Shown here in pieces: positions 8,827-18,776 of a stretch of DNA of 64,000 bases; position 1 is the first letter of the stretch; every line of letters begins with the position of its first letter. A program made the position numbers and the translations under genes. Source of the stretch: a virus (Duplodnaviria; Caudoviricetes); the IMG/VR virus record IMGVR_UViG_2562617039_000002, positions 1,278 through 65,277 of that record. One strand, 5' to 3'. The notes beneath the pieces were generated by a model. The model did not search any database. It saw only the letters and a list, made by a program, of their open reading frames with translations, and was not told where the DNA came from.

Positions 8827-8991
8827 TCACGGCCGCACCCCGCAAAGCTTTTCCAGTTTGGTGTTCTCTACGAGGATCTGGCGCTTCGTACCTTCGGTCA
8901 GGCTATCCTCAACACTCGGGCGGACAGGCCGCGCCACGTCGCAGTAGCTACCGGCGGTCACGCATCCACCGAGACAGAGCAGCGTCAACAT
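8827..8991 (-). CDS. o-spanin (Rz1-like lipoprotein)
   Basis: Lipobox LGGC, further Cys residues, overlaps the i-spanin 3' end. Confidence 0.7.
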   Translation of the reverse strand: MLTLLCLGGCVTAGSYCDVARPVRPSVEDSLTEGTKRQILVENTKLEKLCGVRP

Positions 8992-9184
8992 CACCGCCGC
9001 CAAGCTTGCTGGTTTCATCTTCGATTTTCCTTGCTTTGTTGGCGGCATTAAGCCGGTCGACGGTGGCGCTTGTGGCGTTGTCCGCCCTGCCCTTGAGGTA
9101 AGCGCCTGCCAGAATCGCAAGGGCCGCAGCGATTGCTACGGCCCAGCCTGTGATTTTGGAGCGCAGGGTTAAGAGCCAGGTCAT
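8948..9184 (-). CDS. i-spanin (Rz-like)
   Basis: N-terminal TM (GWAVAIAAALAILAGAYLKG) plus helical periplasmic part. Confidence 0.7.
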   Translation of the reverse strand: MTWLLTLRSKITGWAVAIAAALAILAGAYLKGRADNATSATVDRLNAANKARKIEDETSKLGGGDVDAALSRWMRDRR

Positions 9185-9378
9185 GTAGTGATCCCCGTCA
9201 GCAGCATAGAGACAGTGCCGTCGCGTTCGCGGCGGATCAGATAACCATCTCGTGTCTCTGTGATTCCTTCGGCAAAGGTCAGCTTGGCGTCGCGCCATTC
9301 CTGTGTCTTGCCGCCGTGCTGGACGACGGCAGTTTCAGCGTCGGTGTCGTATTCGATCACCACCGTTATCTTGCTCAC
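9181..9378 (-). CDS. Hypothetical protein in lysis cassette
   Basis: GTG start coupled to the endolysin stop; GAGGGCGG RBS. Confidence 0.55.
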   Translation of the reverse strand: MSKITVVIEYDTDAETAVVQHGGKTQEWRDAKLTFAEGITETRDGYLIRRERDGTVSMLLTGITT

Positions 9379-10238
9379 GTCGCCGCCCTCTTCAGTTCGA
9401 GCCTGCCGCTCTTCCAAAGCCAGAAGCCAGCGCCTGCAGCGACCAGCAGGAGCGCGACAGTTGCGAACGCCCACGGGTTGCTCACCGCACCGATAAGGCC
9501 GGTTACAAGCGTGCCACCCGTGCCTGCGACGATCGTCTGCACCGTCTTGTCCTGCATCAACGGCACATCGTCAGGCTTAGCGTCTTCGGCGACGGCAGGC
9601 TTCATTTCACGGGCGGCCACGAGACTGTCGAGGAAGTTGCGGTAATAGCCAGCGATAAGGCTGGCCTTGTCGCTGCCGTTGACGATAGCGCGAGCACCTA
9701 CGGTATCTTCCTTGCCGCCGCCGAGAAAGTCAGCCAGCCTCTTGCCCGTGAACTTGCCGTTGATCATCCCGTCGAACAGGATGCGGATAGCCGTGGCCAT
9801 CTCCAGCGCGGCGTCGGGGTTATCGCCAAGGCCGTACTTCTTGTAATTGTCTTTGCCAGTGATTTGCGCCAGCCCGCGACCGCGGTATAGCCAGCCGTCG
9901 TTCGCACCGGTATTGCCCATGCGCCCGCCATAGACCTTGTTTGCCAGGGCCTGCGGGTTACGCACATAAGGCTGGGCCGCCTGCACAGAAGAAAACCGCG
10001 ATGGCCAGACCTGTTTGATGTGGGCCGCACTGGAGTAATTGAGGTTTTCCTCGATCGGCTGCATCTTGCCGCCGGTCTCGTGGAAAGCCGTTGCCAGCAC
10101 ATAGGCCAGTTGATTGTCAGGCAGGCCTCGGCGATCAGCTTCAGCCAGAATTGCCGACGTACCGTCGACCTGCGCTTGGCTCAAGCGCCCGCCAAAAGGC
10201 GCGCGCCTCGCATACGCGAAGAACGTTGTTTTGTTCAT
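9375..10238 (-). CDS. Endolysin, glycoside hydrolase family 19, with C-terminal membrane segment
   Basis: LATAFHET, ENLNYS, DGWLYRGRGLAQITGKDNY motifs. Confidence 0.9.
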   Translation of the reverse strand: MNKTTFFAYARRAPFGGRLSQAQVDGTSAILAEADRRGLPDNQLAYVLATAFHETGGKMQPIEENLNYSSAAHIKQVWPSRFSSVQAAQPYVRNPQALANKVYGGRMGNTGANDGWLYRGRGLAQITGKDNYKKYGLGDNPDAALEMATAIRILFDGMINGKFTGKRLADFLGGGKEDTVGARAIVNGSDKASLIAGYYRNFLDSLVAAREMKPAVAEDAKPDDVPLMQDKTVQTIVAGTGGTLVTGLIGAVSNPWAFATVALLLVAAGAGFWLWKSGRLELKRAAT

Positions 10239-10318
10239 GGGGATTTCCTGTAATGGAGTTGACAGCTCAATCAGTGCTTTGCGCGCACGGCTCGTTCTGA
10301 CGCGTAATGCCAATTGAT

Positions 10319-10343
10319 CGAACGGAAGCGCCTCCCGTTCGTT
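10319..10343 (+). promoter_or_regulatory. EcfG-type promoter variant (CGAAC-N16-CGTT)
   Basis: Read directly from the sequence; about 40 nt before ATG 10382. Confidence 0.5.
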
Positions 10344-10381
10344 ATTCCGATGCCGTTAATCTGATCGTCGGAGGAATGGCT

Positions 10382-10582
10382 ATGATTAGAAATGGTTTCG
10401 ACATGCGCCGGGAGAGCGACATGACGTGGTGCGTCTATGATGTATTCAACGGCGAGATTGTCTCTATCGAGGGCCACAAACAGTCCGGCCTCAGCGAGAG
10501 CGATGCCAAGGAGGCTGTCGATTTGCTGAACCGGAAGTATATCGAGCGCCACCAGGAATGCGGGTCTGGTCGGCTGCCTTGA
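10382..10582 (+). CDS. Small hypothetical protein, paralog of 44384-44581
   Basis: GGAGG RBS; FDM....D.TW.V...G.Q.GLSE..A..A..LL.R pattern. Confidence 0.7.
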   Translation: MIRNGFDMRRESDMTWCVYDVFNGEIVSIEGHKQSGLSESDAKEAVDLLNRKYIERHQECGSGRLP

Positions 10583-10710
10583 AGACATCACGCGATCATG
10601 CGCTTTGTTAGCGTAATTGAGCCACAAGCCAGTGTTCACTGGAAACGAGGCGATGTACAACCCCCCCGGTAACTGGCGGGCGATATGAACCACTGGATGT
10701 TGGATATACA

Positions 10711-11019
10711 ATGTACAAATCTGCAGCTTTGGCAGCACTGATAACCGTATTGGCCTCCTATCTTCCTGCTCATGCACAGAGCATAGAAATCGGCCCGAAC
10801 GGCATTCGCTTACTAGAACCTGAAAGTGATCGCCCGCGATATCGCGAAGGTATCAGCGAACGACGTGCAGCACGCATCGCTCAGAGAGAAGGTATGGACG
10901 AAATCGACAGCGTATCACATCGACGCAATGTCTACATCGTCCGCGGAGTTGACCGTTACGATGATGAAATGCGGGTAGTCATCGACCGGTATTCCGGCGA
11001 GGTACTGCAAGTTCGCTGA
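10711..11019 (+). CDS. Secreted PepSY-like protein
   Basis: Signal peptide (LPAHA); IS...A..IA..EG...Y.VRG...V.ID.YSGEVL. Confidence 0.65.
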   Translation: MYKSAALAALITVLASYLPAHAQSIEIGPNGIRLLEPESDRPRYREGISERRAARIAQREGMDEIDSVSHRRNVYIVRGVDRYDDEMRVVIDRYSGEVLQVR

Positions 11020-11025
11020 CAAACA

Positions 11026-11051
11026 GCCCCGGCTAGTCCGGGGTTTTTCTT
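11026..11051 (+). terminator. Intrinsic terminator
   Basis: CCCCGG-CTAGT-CCGGGG-TTTTTCTT. Confidence 0.85.
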
Positions 11052-11327
11052 TCCTCACGTATCGCGTATTGATTGGATCGCACAGGCCAACCTTCTGACG
11101 TGACTGGATGGCCTGTGTAGCCCCGGTGATCGCGACACGGCACCGGGGTTTTCTTTCGGCTGCATACCGATTGTTTACAATCTAACTTCTAAATGTCTAC
11201 TGGGCGCTTATCGTTGCTTTCAGCTAGATTTCCCAAGGCGCCTGCCCCGGTTAATGAAACCTTGCCGGGGCTTTCCATTTGAATGAACATTCTCGCTCCT
11301 CTTGGGTTAGCCCTTAAGGAGGTACCA

Positions 11328-11444
11328 ATGGGCTCATTCATTTACGGTCACATCGAATGGATATTCTGGGCTTTCATGGCGCTAGCTGCTGCCATCGTTA
11401 TAACAGTTTTCTTTTATTATGATGGAAACGGAAACCGGCGTTGA
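11328..11444 (+). CDS. Small single-TM peptide (38 aa, not in ORF track)
   Basis: MGSFIYGHIEWIFWAFMALAAAIVITVFFYYDGNGNRR; AAGGAGGT RBS; TGAAC-N17-GTT at 11284-11308. Confidence 0.65.
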   Translation: MGSFIYGHIEWIFWAFMALAAAIVITVFFYYDGNGNRR

Positions 11445-11490
11445 AAAAACGCCCTGAAGGCGGTGTGGATCGTCAATTTTTCGGTATCGG

Positions 11491-11997
11491 TTAGGCAGGT
11501 GAGAGAAGCTCAGCCGCCCTTTCTTCTCCGAACAGGTCGATAGCCATGCTTTCCAGAAGCGGCCACAGCTCATGATCTGAACGGAAGGTGTTCGCCGTCA
11601 TGAAGATTTGACGGGTGCGGAACGGCTCCGTTGCCATTGCGGCGTCAACCTGTTCCGCCTCCGCTTCGGTCAGACGTTCCCATAATGTGACAGCGGGAAG
11701 GACCGTAACAGGTTCAATCGTTGGCGGCACATATTCTACCACTCGACCATTTTCCCAGCGGCGCAAACCGGCATTGTTAGTCAATTCGGAATATTGCTCC
11801 GGAGTGAGTGCGATTGCTTCGGCCGGAATTTTGCAATCCGGATTGTCTTCATAACCGAGCAATGGCGGAGCAGGATTTGGATTTTCCTCTGTTGGCTCAG
11901 GCACTTCACCATAAACCGGGCGCTTTCTCAGTCCAGAGACACGCTCATCATAAAAGGCCGTCGGAAATCCAGCGGGATCAAAAACAGCATACTGCAT
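11491..11997 (-). CDS. Tail fibre assembly-like protein
   Basis: Follows the tail fibre gene; YAVFD..G...FYD start. Confidence 0.6.
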   Translation of the reverse strand: MQYAVFDPAGFPTAFYDERVSGLRKRPVYGEVPEPTEENPNPAPPLLGYEDNPDCKIPAEAIALTPEQYSELTNNAGLRRWENGRVVEYVPPTIEPVTVLPAVTLWERLTEAEAEQVDAAMATEPFRTRQIFMTANTFRSDHELWPLLESMAIDLFGEERAAELLSPA

Positions 11998-12001
11998 AAT
12001 C

Positions 12002-13078
12002 TTAAGCTCCTATCGCGATCCAATTGACCCGAACGGAAGACGAGGCAACGCCACACGCAAAGGCGATCTGATTGATATTGGAACCAGGTGGATAACCGAC
12101 AAATCCTTGAGGCCGTGCGGCGCTAACACCCCAGTCGCCATTCACCGTCAGGTATGTGTAGAGAGAATTTGGAAATGACACATTGAGTGGAACGACGCCG
12201 AGGTTTGATGTCGAAGTGGAAACAACAGAAGTTCCCCACTGTATGATCAAGCCCGATGGAAGCCTTATCCATCCGCTTGCAACCAGATTACCGCCACCTA
12301 TTTCTGTCCAAGGACCCCATACATTATTCGTCCAATTGCGCGTGAATATTCTAGACCCATCGCGCTGATAGTATATCTGGCGACCGTAACTTGCTGTTTG
12401 ACGCATCATCACGACGAACCCTGACGATGCGAGCGGAATGCTTGTCGAGGTCGAAGACACAAGAAAGGTGCCATTCTCGACAATCGCATTCAGGTCAGTT
12501 TTAGGCGTATCAGGTATCAGTCTGTTGATGCCATCAGGCAATTGTGGATCCGGGATTGCGCCCAGATCGCCATAGATTTGCGCGCCTGTCGTCCGACCAA
12601 GGATCGTGCGGGCCAGCGCAGTCAGAGCGGTAACCCCCATTCCGTTGACGCCGGTAAAATACGGCATTGTATCGGCTGCCCCGGCGAGCGCATCCATGGC
12701 GCCGGCCCCTGTGAAATAGGGCAGCGTCTTCGTAGCGCCGCCGACGCCCGCCAAAGCTTGGAGATTACCATTTCCGAGTAATTCAATGAGTGTCGTCGTC
12801 TGGGCGGTAACACGCGCGCCATCCGGCATGAAGCGCATGCGATATGCAAACGTTCCAGACGGCCCCGGCCAAGGTTCGGTGAAAGTGCCAGCCGTATTAG
12901 AGGCAATACGAGGGTCCGCAGCCGAAGCAGCGGCGATGATCGCTGTGTATCCTTTCAACTGCACGGTGTCGCCCTCGCGGAACTGCGCAGTTCTCCAAAG
13001 AGTATTTGTGCCAGTGAAGTTCACTGAATTTTGGGTAACAGTGATCGTTCCCGACGTGTAGTCGGACAAAACAGCCAT
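12002..13078 (-). CDS. Tail fibre protein
   Basis: Repeated LPYFTG motif, knob-like IFTRNW..WGPW, C-terminal GWIRLPSGLIIQWG. Confidence 0.8.
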   Translation of the reverse strand: MAVLSDYTSGTITVTQNSVNFTGTNTLWRTAQFREGDTVQLKGYTAIIAAASAADPRIASNTAGTFTEPWPGPSGTFAYRMRFMPDGARVTAQTTTLIELLGNGNLQALAGVGGATKTLPYFTGAGAMDALAGAADTMPYFTGVNGMGVTALTALARTILGRTTGAQIYGDLGAIPDPQLPDGINRLIPDTPKTDLNAIVENGTFLVSSTSTSIPLASSGFVVMMRQTASYGRQIYYQRDGSRIFTRNWTNNVWGPWTEIGGGNLVASGWIRLPSGLIIQWGTSVVSTSTSNLGVVPLNVSFPNSLYTYLTVNGDWGVSAARPQGFVGYPPGSNINQIAFACGVASSSVRVNWIAIGA

Positions 13079-13100
13079 AGATGTTCTCCTGAAAAATCAG

Positions 13101-14663
13101 CTATTGAGCGATGCCGAAGATATAGTACCGCACGCCCTGTATGGGGGTGCCATAGTCTACGGTTTTCCAACTGCTTCCATCCGCATAGGCATCTGACCAT
13201 CCGCTGTCAGGCTGACAGAAGAAATCGACGTACGTATCGAAAACATGAGCGCGCATAGCGATATTCGCCATGCCTGCACCTACGCCAAGCTCATATCGTA
13301 GCATCGGCGTGGTCACACAATTTGGAAACACAATCGAATATTTAAGAAACGGCACAAAACCCGCGTTGCTGAAATTCAGTCGATAAGCTTTCGAGCCATA
13401 AGTCGCGCTGTTGGAGAACTCTCCAACAGGGATGTACCCTTGAGCGATTATTTGGAACTGAGGGAAGCGACTATCGAACAGGATATCATTCGGGCGACTG
13501 GCCGGGTCGCTTGTTCCGGGCTTCTTGATCTGCACAAAGTCCTGTGCCCCATCATTGCCACGGAACATCACTTGATTGCCACCCGTTGACGTTCCGAAAT
13601 CATCAACGTTGAAAACTACATAGCGGATATCGATGACGTCTTTATGAGAGTTATAGAAGGTAACGGCGTTATTTGATATTTCATAGCTGACCACAAACTT
13701 CCCGGCCTCCGTCGTATCTGATAGCAGTCCTGGGACGCACCATGTCTGCCCAGAAACCCGAAACATCACATCGGCAACAGCGCGCTGCGAGAGGATTACT
13801 CCGGGGGGTGCCGGTATGGTGACAGAGCCATTCACAGGAATGGAATTGCGCACTCCATTCATGACGCACAGCGCCGGGGAACGGTTACGGCTACTTATGA
13901 TCGTACCAAACTCGTTGGTGGTATTCACGTCAAAGCCAGGACGCGCCAGAATGAATTCGCTGCTATTTGCTCGAAAACCTTCCAAGCCCGCGACGTAGCC
14001 ATATGAACGCATCGGGCTGCTATCTGCTGGCAAGTCCCAAACGTTAGGAAAGAATGCATTGGGATCACGATTATCCTTGTAGACGTTCTTTCTTTCCCAA
14101 ACAAACCATTCGCCGATGGCGACGCGACCGCTGTCAGCGTTAGAAACCTGACCTGCATAAACAGTCGGCATCGTTGTTTCGTTAGAAATATACCCCGTGC
14201 ACCTTCCCATGATTGTATAGAATTGTTGCGCATCGACAATTCTATGGCCGCCATCGGCTACATAGACCTTATTGTAGAAGCTTCCGCACTCAACACGGTT
14301 ATTCAAAAGATTAACCATTCTGAATTCAGACAACGGCACATACCCTAGACTCGGATATGCACTTGCGATCTTGTAGTATGTCGTGACGTTATAAAACGCC
14401 GAGGCCTCACCATAGCGGCCAGTAATCACCGTGTTACCAAGATTATTCGAAATACTGAACGAAGTTGGTAGCGCGGAAATCTCGGCAGCTCGATAATAAA
14501 AGGCGCTTGTCGTAAAGACATATGACAGGTTCTGCGTCTCCGAATTGAAGAAGAACCTGTCATATGCCGTGTTCGCTAGCGTAAGCGGATCGTCAGTGTC
14601 ATATTTCAGGCACTTCAGAACCGGCCCGACGCCCGGTTTGTAGCCGATGAAAGTCTGGGTCAT
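13101..14663 (-). CDS. Minor tail protein
   Basis: 520-aa ORF coupled to the tail tip gene; start MTQTF. Confidence 0.7.
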   Translation of the reverse strand: MTQTFIGYKPGVGPVLKCLKYDTDDPLTLANTAYDRFFFNSETQNLSYVFTTSAFYYRAAEISALPTSFSISNNLGNTVITGRYGEASAFYNVTTYYKIASAYPSLGYVPLSEFRMVNLLNNRVECGSFYNKVYVADGGHRIVDAQQFYTIMGRCTGYISNETTMPTVYAGQVSNADSGRVAIGEWFVWERKNVYKDNRDPNAFFPNVWDLPADSSPMRSYGYVAGLEGFRANSSEFILARPGFDVNTTNEFGTIISSRNRSPALCVMNGVRNSIPVNGSVTIPAPPGVILSQRAVADVMFRVSGQTWCVPGLLSDTTEAGKFVVSYEISNNAVTFYNSHKDVIDIRYVVFNVDDFGTSTGGNQVMFRGNDGAQDFVQIKKPGTSDPASRPNDILFDSRFPQFQIIAQGYIPVGEFSNSATYGSKAYRLNFSNAGFVPFLKYSIVFPNCVTTPMLRYELGVGAGMANIAMRAHVFDTYVDFFCQPDSGWSDAYADGSSWKTVDYGTPIQGVRYYIFGIAQ

Positions 14664-17371
14664 GTGAAAATCCTGAGATCTGCCAGCGAGCCACTGCCGC
14701 GAATAATCAGCTTGCCGTTGTTGGATTGAAGCTGATCGAATTTCAGCGTCCCCAGCCTCATATTTTGGGCATAGACTTCTCCACCCTGCACAACGAACGG
14801 ATAGGTAAAGCTTCCATCGTTGTTGGGATCGGCAATGGCGAACTGATTGGCCAGTACAACAAACTGACTGCCCGTTGGAGTGATGTTCACAAACCAACCG
14901 GCTTGCTTCCAAGTGTCACCGATGCCCAAACGGGCGAATGCCGATATCTTCACCGAACTGCCGCCGCTGCCAGCCTGCGCCGTCATCCGCCAAGCCGCAT
15001 TCGCCACCGTACCGTCAACCGATGCATTCACTTCTGTGAGTGCATTCGACACTGCCGTTATGTCACCTTCTACATCGTCAACACGACTTTGAAGCAGGTC
15101 AACAGTGCTTGCGTCAGCCTTTGTCCCGACGGCTGCGTTAGTTTGAGCAAGCTGTTGAGATAGCGAAGAAATGGAGCCTTCATTGGCCGCGACGCGATTG
15201 GTTACTGCGTTCAATGCGGATGCGGATGCCTTGCCGTCAATCTCCGCCTTTTGCTGATTTAATTGTTGTACAATGGCGCTATTCGGCCCCGTGGCGGCAA
15301 ATATGTCTTCCGTCCACTGAGCCTGCGCCGTGCCGAAGGTGCTGGTCAGTTCACGGCGGATAGCTTGCCGATCAGCGTAGTTGCTGTTGTGGTTGTCCGA
15401 TGTCGTGGTTGCAAGTTCCTGCGCCTGCCGCTTCAACTCGCGTAAGTCATCGGTCATGTAATTGATGAGGTCACGCACATCTTCATCGAGGCGCTCATAA
15501 TCAACTGGACTGTCATCGCCGGTGGCGTTCAGCGTAGTGAATGGCGTTGCTGCCGACCAAGCCACCGACCGGCCATTGTCAACCCGGAGCCGCGTCCGAA
15601 CAAACCAGTCAGTGAGCGAAGTCAGGCCTTCGACCAAGATAACATTCGTCACGTCGGACGTGACAAACCGCGTAAACACCTGCGTCGGGTCATTGGCAGG
15701 CCAATACTCGATGTTCACGCCAATGACCGAGATATCGTCAATGCTGTCCCAGAGCAGACGAGCGCCGGGTAGCTCACCCTGTCCATCCGCAACAACGAGC
15801 GTAGGAATGACAAAGAAGTTCTGCACCTCGGCCAGATACTGTGGCGGCGGCACAACGATGATGTTCGGCGGATTGGTCTCGTAGGCGGTCGGATCGAAGA
15901 CGCCATTGCTGATCTGTTGCAGCGCAATCGAGATGTCGCGGGCGCCGTCGGTATTGATCCCGCCAAGCTGGCGGGTCAGAACCTGAAACGTGCGGTCGCC
16001 ATACTTTGCACTATTCCAGCGAACCCAACGGCCTTCCTTGATCGTGTCGAGGAACCTTGGATGAACGACGATTTCCGCCGACGCCTGATATCGAGCGCCA
16101 CGGATGGCGATGTCTGCCAGCCGGTCCACCTGTCGCACATCGGTGACGGCGGCGTAAGGAATGGCACTGGCAAGGGTTTCCCGATCTTCTGCCAACGCCC
16201 CTTCATCGATACGGGTAGCCGCGTCCTTGGTCTCGTAGAAATCTTCCGGCGAGACATAAGAGGCAGCAACGGTATTGATGAGTTCGGTACGCTTGCGCTT
16301 GGCACTGAACCGCAACGGTGCACCGCGCTTGATATCGTCGTCGGTGATGGTTGCAACGATGGCCTGCGGAGCGCCAGCAATCGGAAATTCGCCGTCTACA
16401 CGCTCCACCCACGAGCCGCACATGGCTTCAAGGATGGGCGTTAGGTTGGCGTCGTGGTTGGCGCCGGGGCCATCCTTGGCAATCGCATGGGCGCGATAGC
16501 GTTTCGAGCCGTCCGACATGATTTCGTCGCAGATGTTCGCAGCCTGGGTGTATTCTGCCAACGGCAGGCGGCTTGCACGAATAGCCTTGCCGACCATGCG
16601 CTGAGTGCCGTTGAAAAAACCGCGCTCCAGATTGTAGATCTGCACGACCGGATTATCGGAATACTCCCACGTGCTCTGATCGTCCCAGCGATGCGCGCCT
16701 GATCCGCCCATCGTGCTGTCCTTGCGCCAGTCGTAAAGCGGCGCACCGACGACTTCGAACAGCAGCTTTGCCGGAGAGGTCAGGCCGTCGCCATTCTTGC
16801 GCAGTTCGGAAAACACGACGGCATAGGCAACGCCTGCGCCGCGATGATTTGCAGTCCAGCGGCCAGCCGGACGGGCATTGTTGATCAGCGTCGGCTCTGC
16901 CTGCTGGTCCATCGTGCCGTAGAAGAACTTGACGCGGACATTATCGTGATCGTCGCCGCTTGTTCCTTCATTCGGCACAAGCCAATAGCCGTTAGCGTCC
17001 TGCTGGCTCAAAATGCGCCATTGGCCATTGTAGCGAACGCGTGGCACCGCTGTGATGCGGAAGCTCGACAGCACGAACACGTCCTGTATCAGACGCCCGC
17101 CCGACCCGTAGCTGTTTCGATAGATGTGATGGCCTTCAGTTGCGCACGTGCCGAGAATAACCGAACGAGGGATATTCGCCCCATACTGGGTTTCCAGTTC
17201 CGAGGCCCGGCTCTGCGTCTTGGGAGGGAACAGCGCGTTGACGGCATATTTGAGTGCAATGCCAAAGGCGGTCTGCGCGATACCGGCGAGGATCGGGCTT
17301 GCAGCAGCCCATGCGGCCACGCTCGACACAAGACCGCCAATCGCGGTGAAGATAGGCGCTAAAAATGGCAT
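14660..17371 (-). CDS. Tail tip / host specificity protein (lambda J-like)
   Basis: YSDNP..IY, central tail domain, fibronectin-like and coiled-coil C-terminal regions. Confidence 0.85.
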   Translation of the reverse strand: MPFLAPIFTAIGGLVSSVAAWAAASPILAGIAQTAFGIALKYAVNALFPPKTQSRASELETQYGANIPRSVILGTCATEGHHIYRNSYGSGGRLIQDVFVLSSFRITAVPRVRYNGQWRILSQQDANGYWLVPNEGTSGDDHDNVRVKFFYGTMDQQAEPTLINNARPAGRWTANHRGAGVAYAVVFSELRKNGDGLTSPAKLLFEVVGAPLYDWRKDSTMGGSGAHRWDDQSTWEYSDNPVVQIYNLERGFFNGTQRMVGKAIRASRLPLAEYTQAANICDEIMSDGSKRYRAHAIAKDGPGANHDANLTPILEAMCGSWVERVDGEFPIAGAPQAIVATITDDDIKRGAPLRFSAKRKRTELINTVAASYVSPEDFYETKDAATRIDEGALAEDRETLASAIPYAAVTDVRQVDRLADIAIRGARYQASAEIVVHPRFLDTIKEGRWVRWNSAKYGDRTFQVLTRQLGGINTDGARDISIALQQISNGVFDPTAYETNPPNIIVVPPPQYLAEVQNFFVIPTLVVADGQGELPGARLLWDSIDDISVIGVNIEYWPANDPTQVFTRFVTSDVTNVILVEGLTSLTDWFVRTRLRVDNGRSVAWSAATPFTTLNATGDDSPVDYERLDEDVRDLINYMTDDLRELKRQAQELATTTSDNHNSNYADRQAIRRELTSTFGTAQAQWTEDIFAATGPNSAIVQQLNQQKAEIDGKASASALNAVTNRVAANEGSISSLSQQLAQTNAAVGTKADASTVDLLQSRVDDVEGDITAVSNALTEVNASVDGTVANAAWRMTAQAGSGGSSVKISAFARLGIGDTWKQAGWFVNITPTGSQFVVLANQFAIADPNNDGSFTYPFVVQGGEVYAQNMRLGTLKFDQLQSNNGKLIIRGSGSLADLRIFT

Positions 17372-17446
17372 GCGACAGCCTCAATCGGGCGCAACAAAAA
17401 AGGCCCGCTGCTGGCGGACCTTCAAAGGCGCAAATTGTCGAAGTGG

Positions 17447-17883
17447 TTACAGGCCGACCTTGTAGGCCTGCTCGATGTCGGTCACGGACAAGAACGCGAG
17501 CCCGTGCGGCTGTTTCACCGCAAAGCCGGAGCCGCAAATGAACCCGGCCACATATTCGTCATTGATGCGGATAACGCCCACATCACCCGGCGGGCAGAGA
17601 GCCGATTGACCGGCTCAAGCTGGAGATAGGTTTCGAATACGTCCTTGACGTTCTCGCAGCCATTGGCGCGCATCTTCCGGGCTGCCCCGGCTTCGGTCTT
17701 GTACTTGCCACGAAACTCAGCAAGCGGGTCTTCGCCGGTTACGGCCTTGATGGCATCGGCGGCAGTCATGAGGCAATCCGAAACGCCCCATTCTGGCGCA
17801 ATCGAAACATGAGCCGTCGCAAGGTCTTCCAACGCCCGATCCCAGCCGGGAACCCTAGCCGAACTTGATTTTGAAGAACTCAT
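17447..17883 (-). pseudogene. NlpC/P60-like tail tip protein (DUF6950-type) with apparent 1-bp frameshift near 17587
   Basis: WGVSDC motif; one extra G in CGGGT restores RRGDVGV...KQPHGL...YKVGL* ending at 17447. Confidence 0.65.
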
Positions 17884-18421
17884 TCTTGATCCTCGCGGCG
17901 TATTCGAAAAGCATGTCACCGGGCGACACAAGCTGCTGGTCCTCATGCGAGGCGTAGCGGTAGCCCTCGCGGAAGTTGTCGACCGCGCCCGTTTCAATGT
18001 GGCCTTCTAACCAGACCTCGTCGCTTTCTTCGCGGTGGTCGATGTAATCGACATAGCCGTACCAGGTCGGCTCGGCATGAAGGAAAGCGTTGTTGCCCGG
18101 GTCGAAATAAAAGTCGTAGAACGTGACAGGTCGATTTTTATAATCTTCTTGCTCGATCAATCCGAGCTTATCCGGCGTCAGGCCGAAGTCGGCGGCAGCG
18201 GGCAGGCGCATGGTGACTGGTTGGGCCGCAGTACCAAGCGCATACATTGGCTCATCAATGTCGATGATGGTGTTACCGTGATAGGTCAGGCCGCCATAAT
18301 CGACGCTGCCCTTGCCTGAGAAAAATCCATAGGTGCCGGTGCCGAACTCGAACTTTACGGCGGATGCGATCTTGCCCCTGCCCTCGTTGAGCAGTTGCTG
18401 TAGACGTGCGGGAAAGGCCAT
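17855..18421 (-). CDS. Minor tail protein (hub/gpL-like position)
   Basis: Position between distal tail and NlpC genes; SHEDQQLVSPGDMLFEY motif. Confidence 0.7.
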   Translation of the reverse strand: MAFPARLQQLLNEGRGKIASAVKFEFGTGTYGFFSGKGSVDYGGLTYHGNTIIDIDEPMYALGTAAQPVTMRLPAAADFGLTPDKLGLIEQEDYKNRPVTFYDFYFDPGNNAFLHAEPTWYGYVDYIDHREESDEVWLEGHIETGAVDNFREGYRYASHEDQQLVSPGDMLFEYAARIKNEFFKIKFG

Positions 18422-18482
18422 GAGTTACCGTCAAACCAATGAAAGGGTGGATTCAACCGCGCCCAACTGATAACTGGCCGGC

Positions 18483-18716
18483 ATGATTAGAAGCGTTTGC
18501 ATGTTGATTGTCGGTTTTGGCGCCTTGATCCAAGGCGTTCTTCGCCTTGGAAACCCTGCCCAGGCAGTAGAAAAAACGGGATGGTTATATCAGCAGTTCG
18601 GAGACCAAGGCGTGGCTATCGGCATGATCGCCATGGGTGCCGTCGCATTGGTCATAGGGGCCATTATGTTCAACAACACCTGGCTTCGCGCTATTCGCGC
18701 ACGGCGACAGCGGTAG
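18483..18716 (+). CDS. Two-TM membrane protein (antisense cargo)
   Basis: Two hydrophobic segments; opposite strand to the tail operon. Confidence 0.6.
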   Translation: MIRSVCMLIVGFGALIQGVLRLGNPAQAVEKTGWLYQQFGDQGVAIGMIAMGAVALVIGAIMFNNTWLRAIRARRQR

Positions 18717-18776
18717 AGCGTCTCGACTTCCGATTGCGACTCGGCTTTGATGTTCGCGTTAACAACGGGAGGCGTG

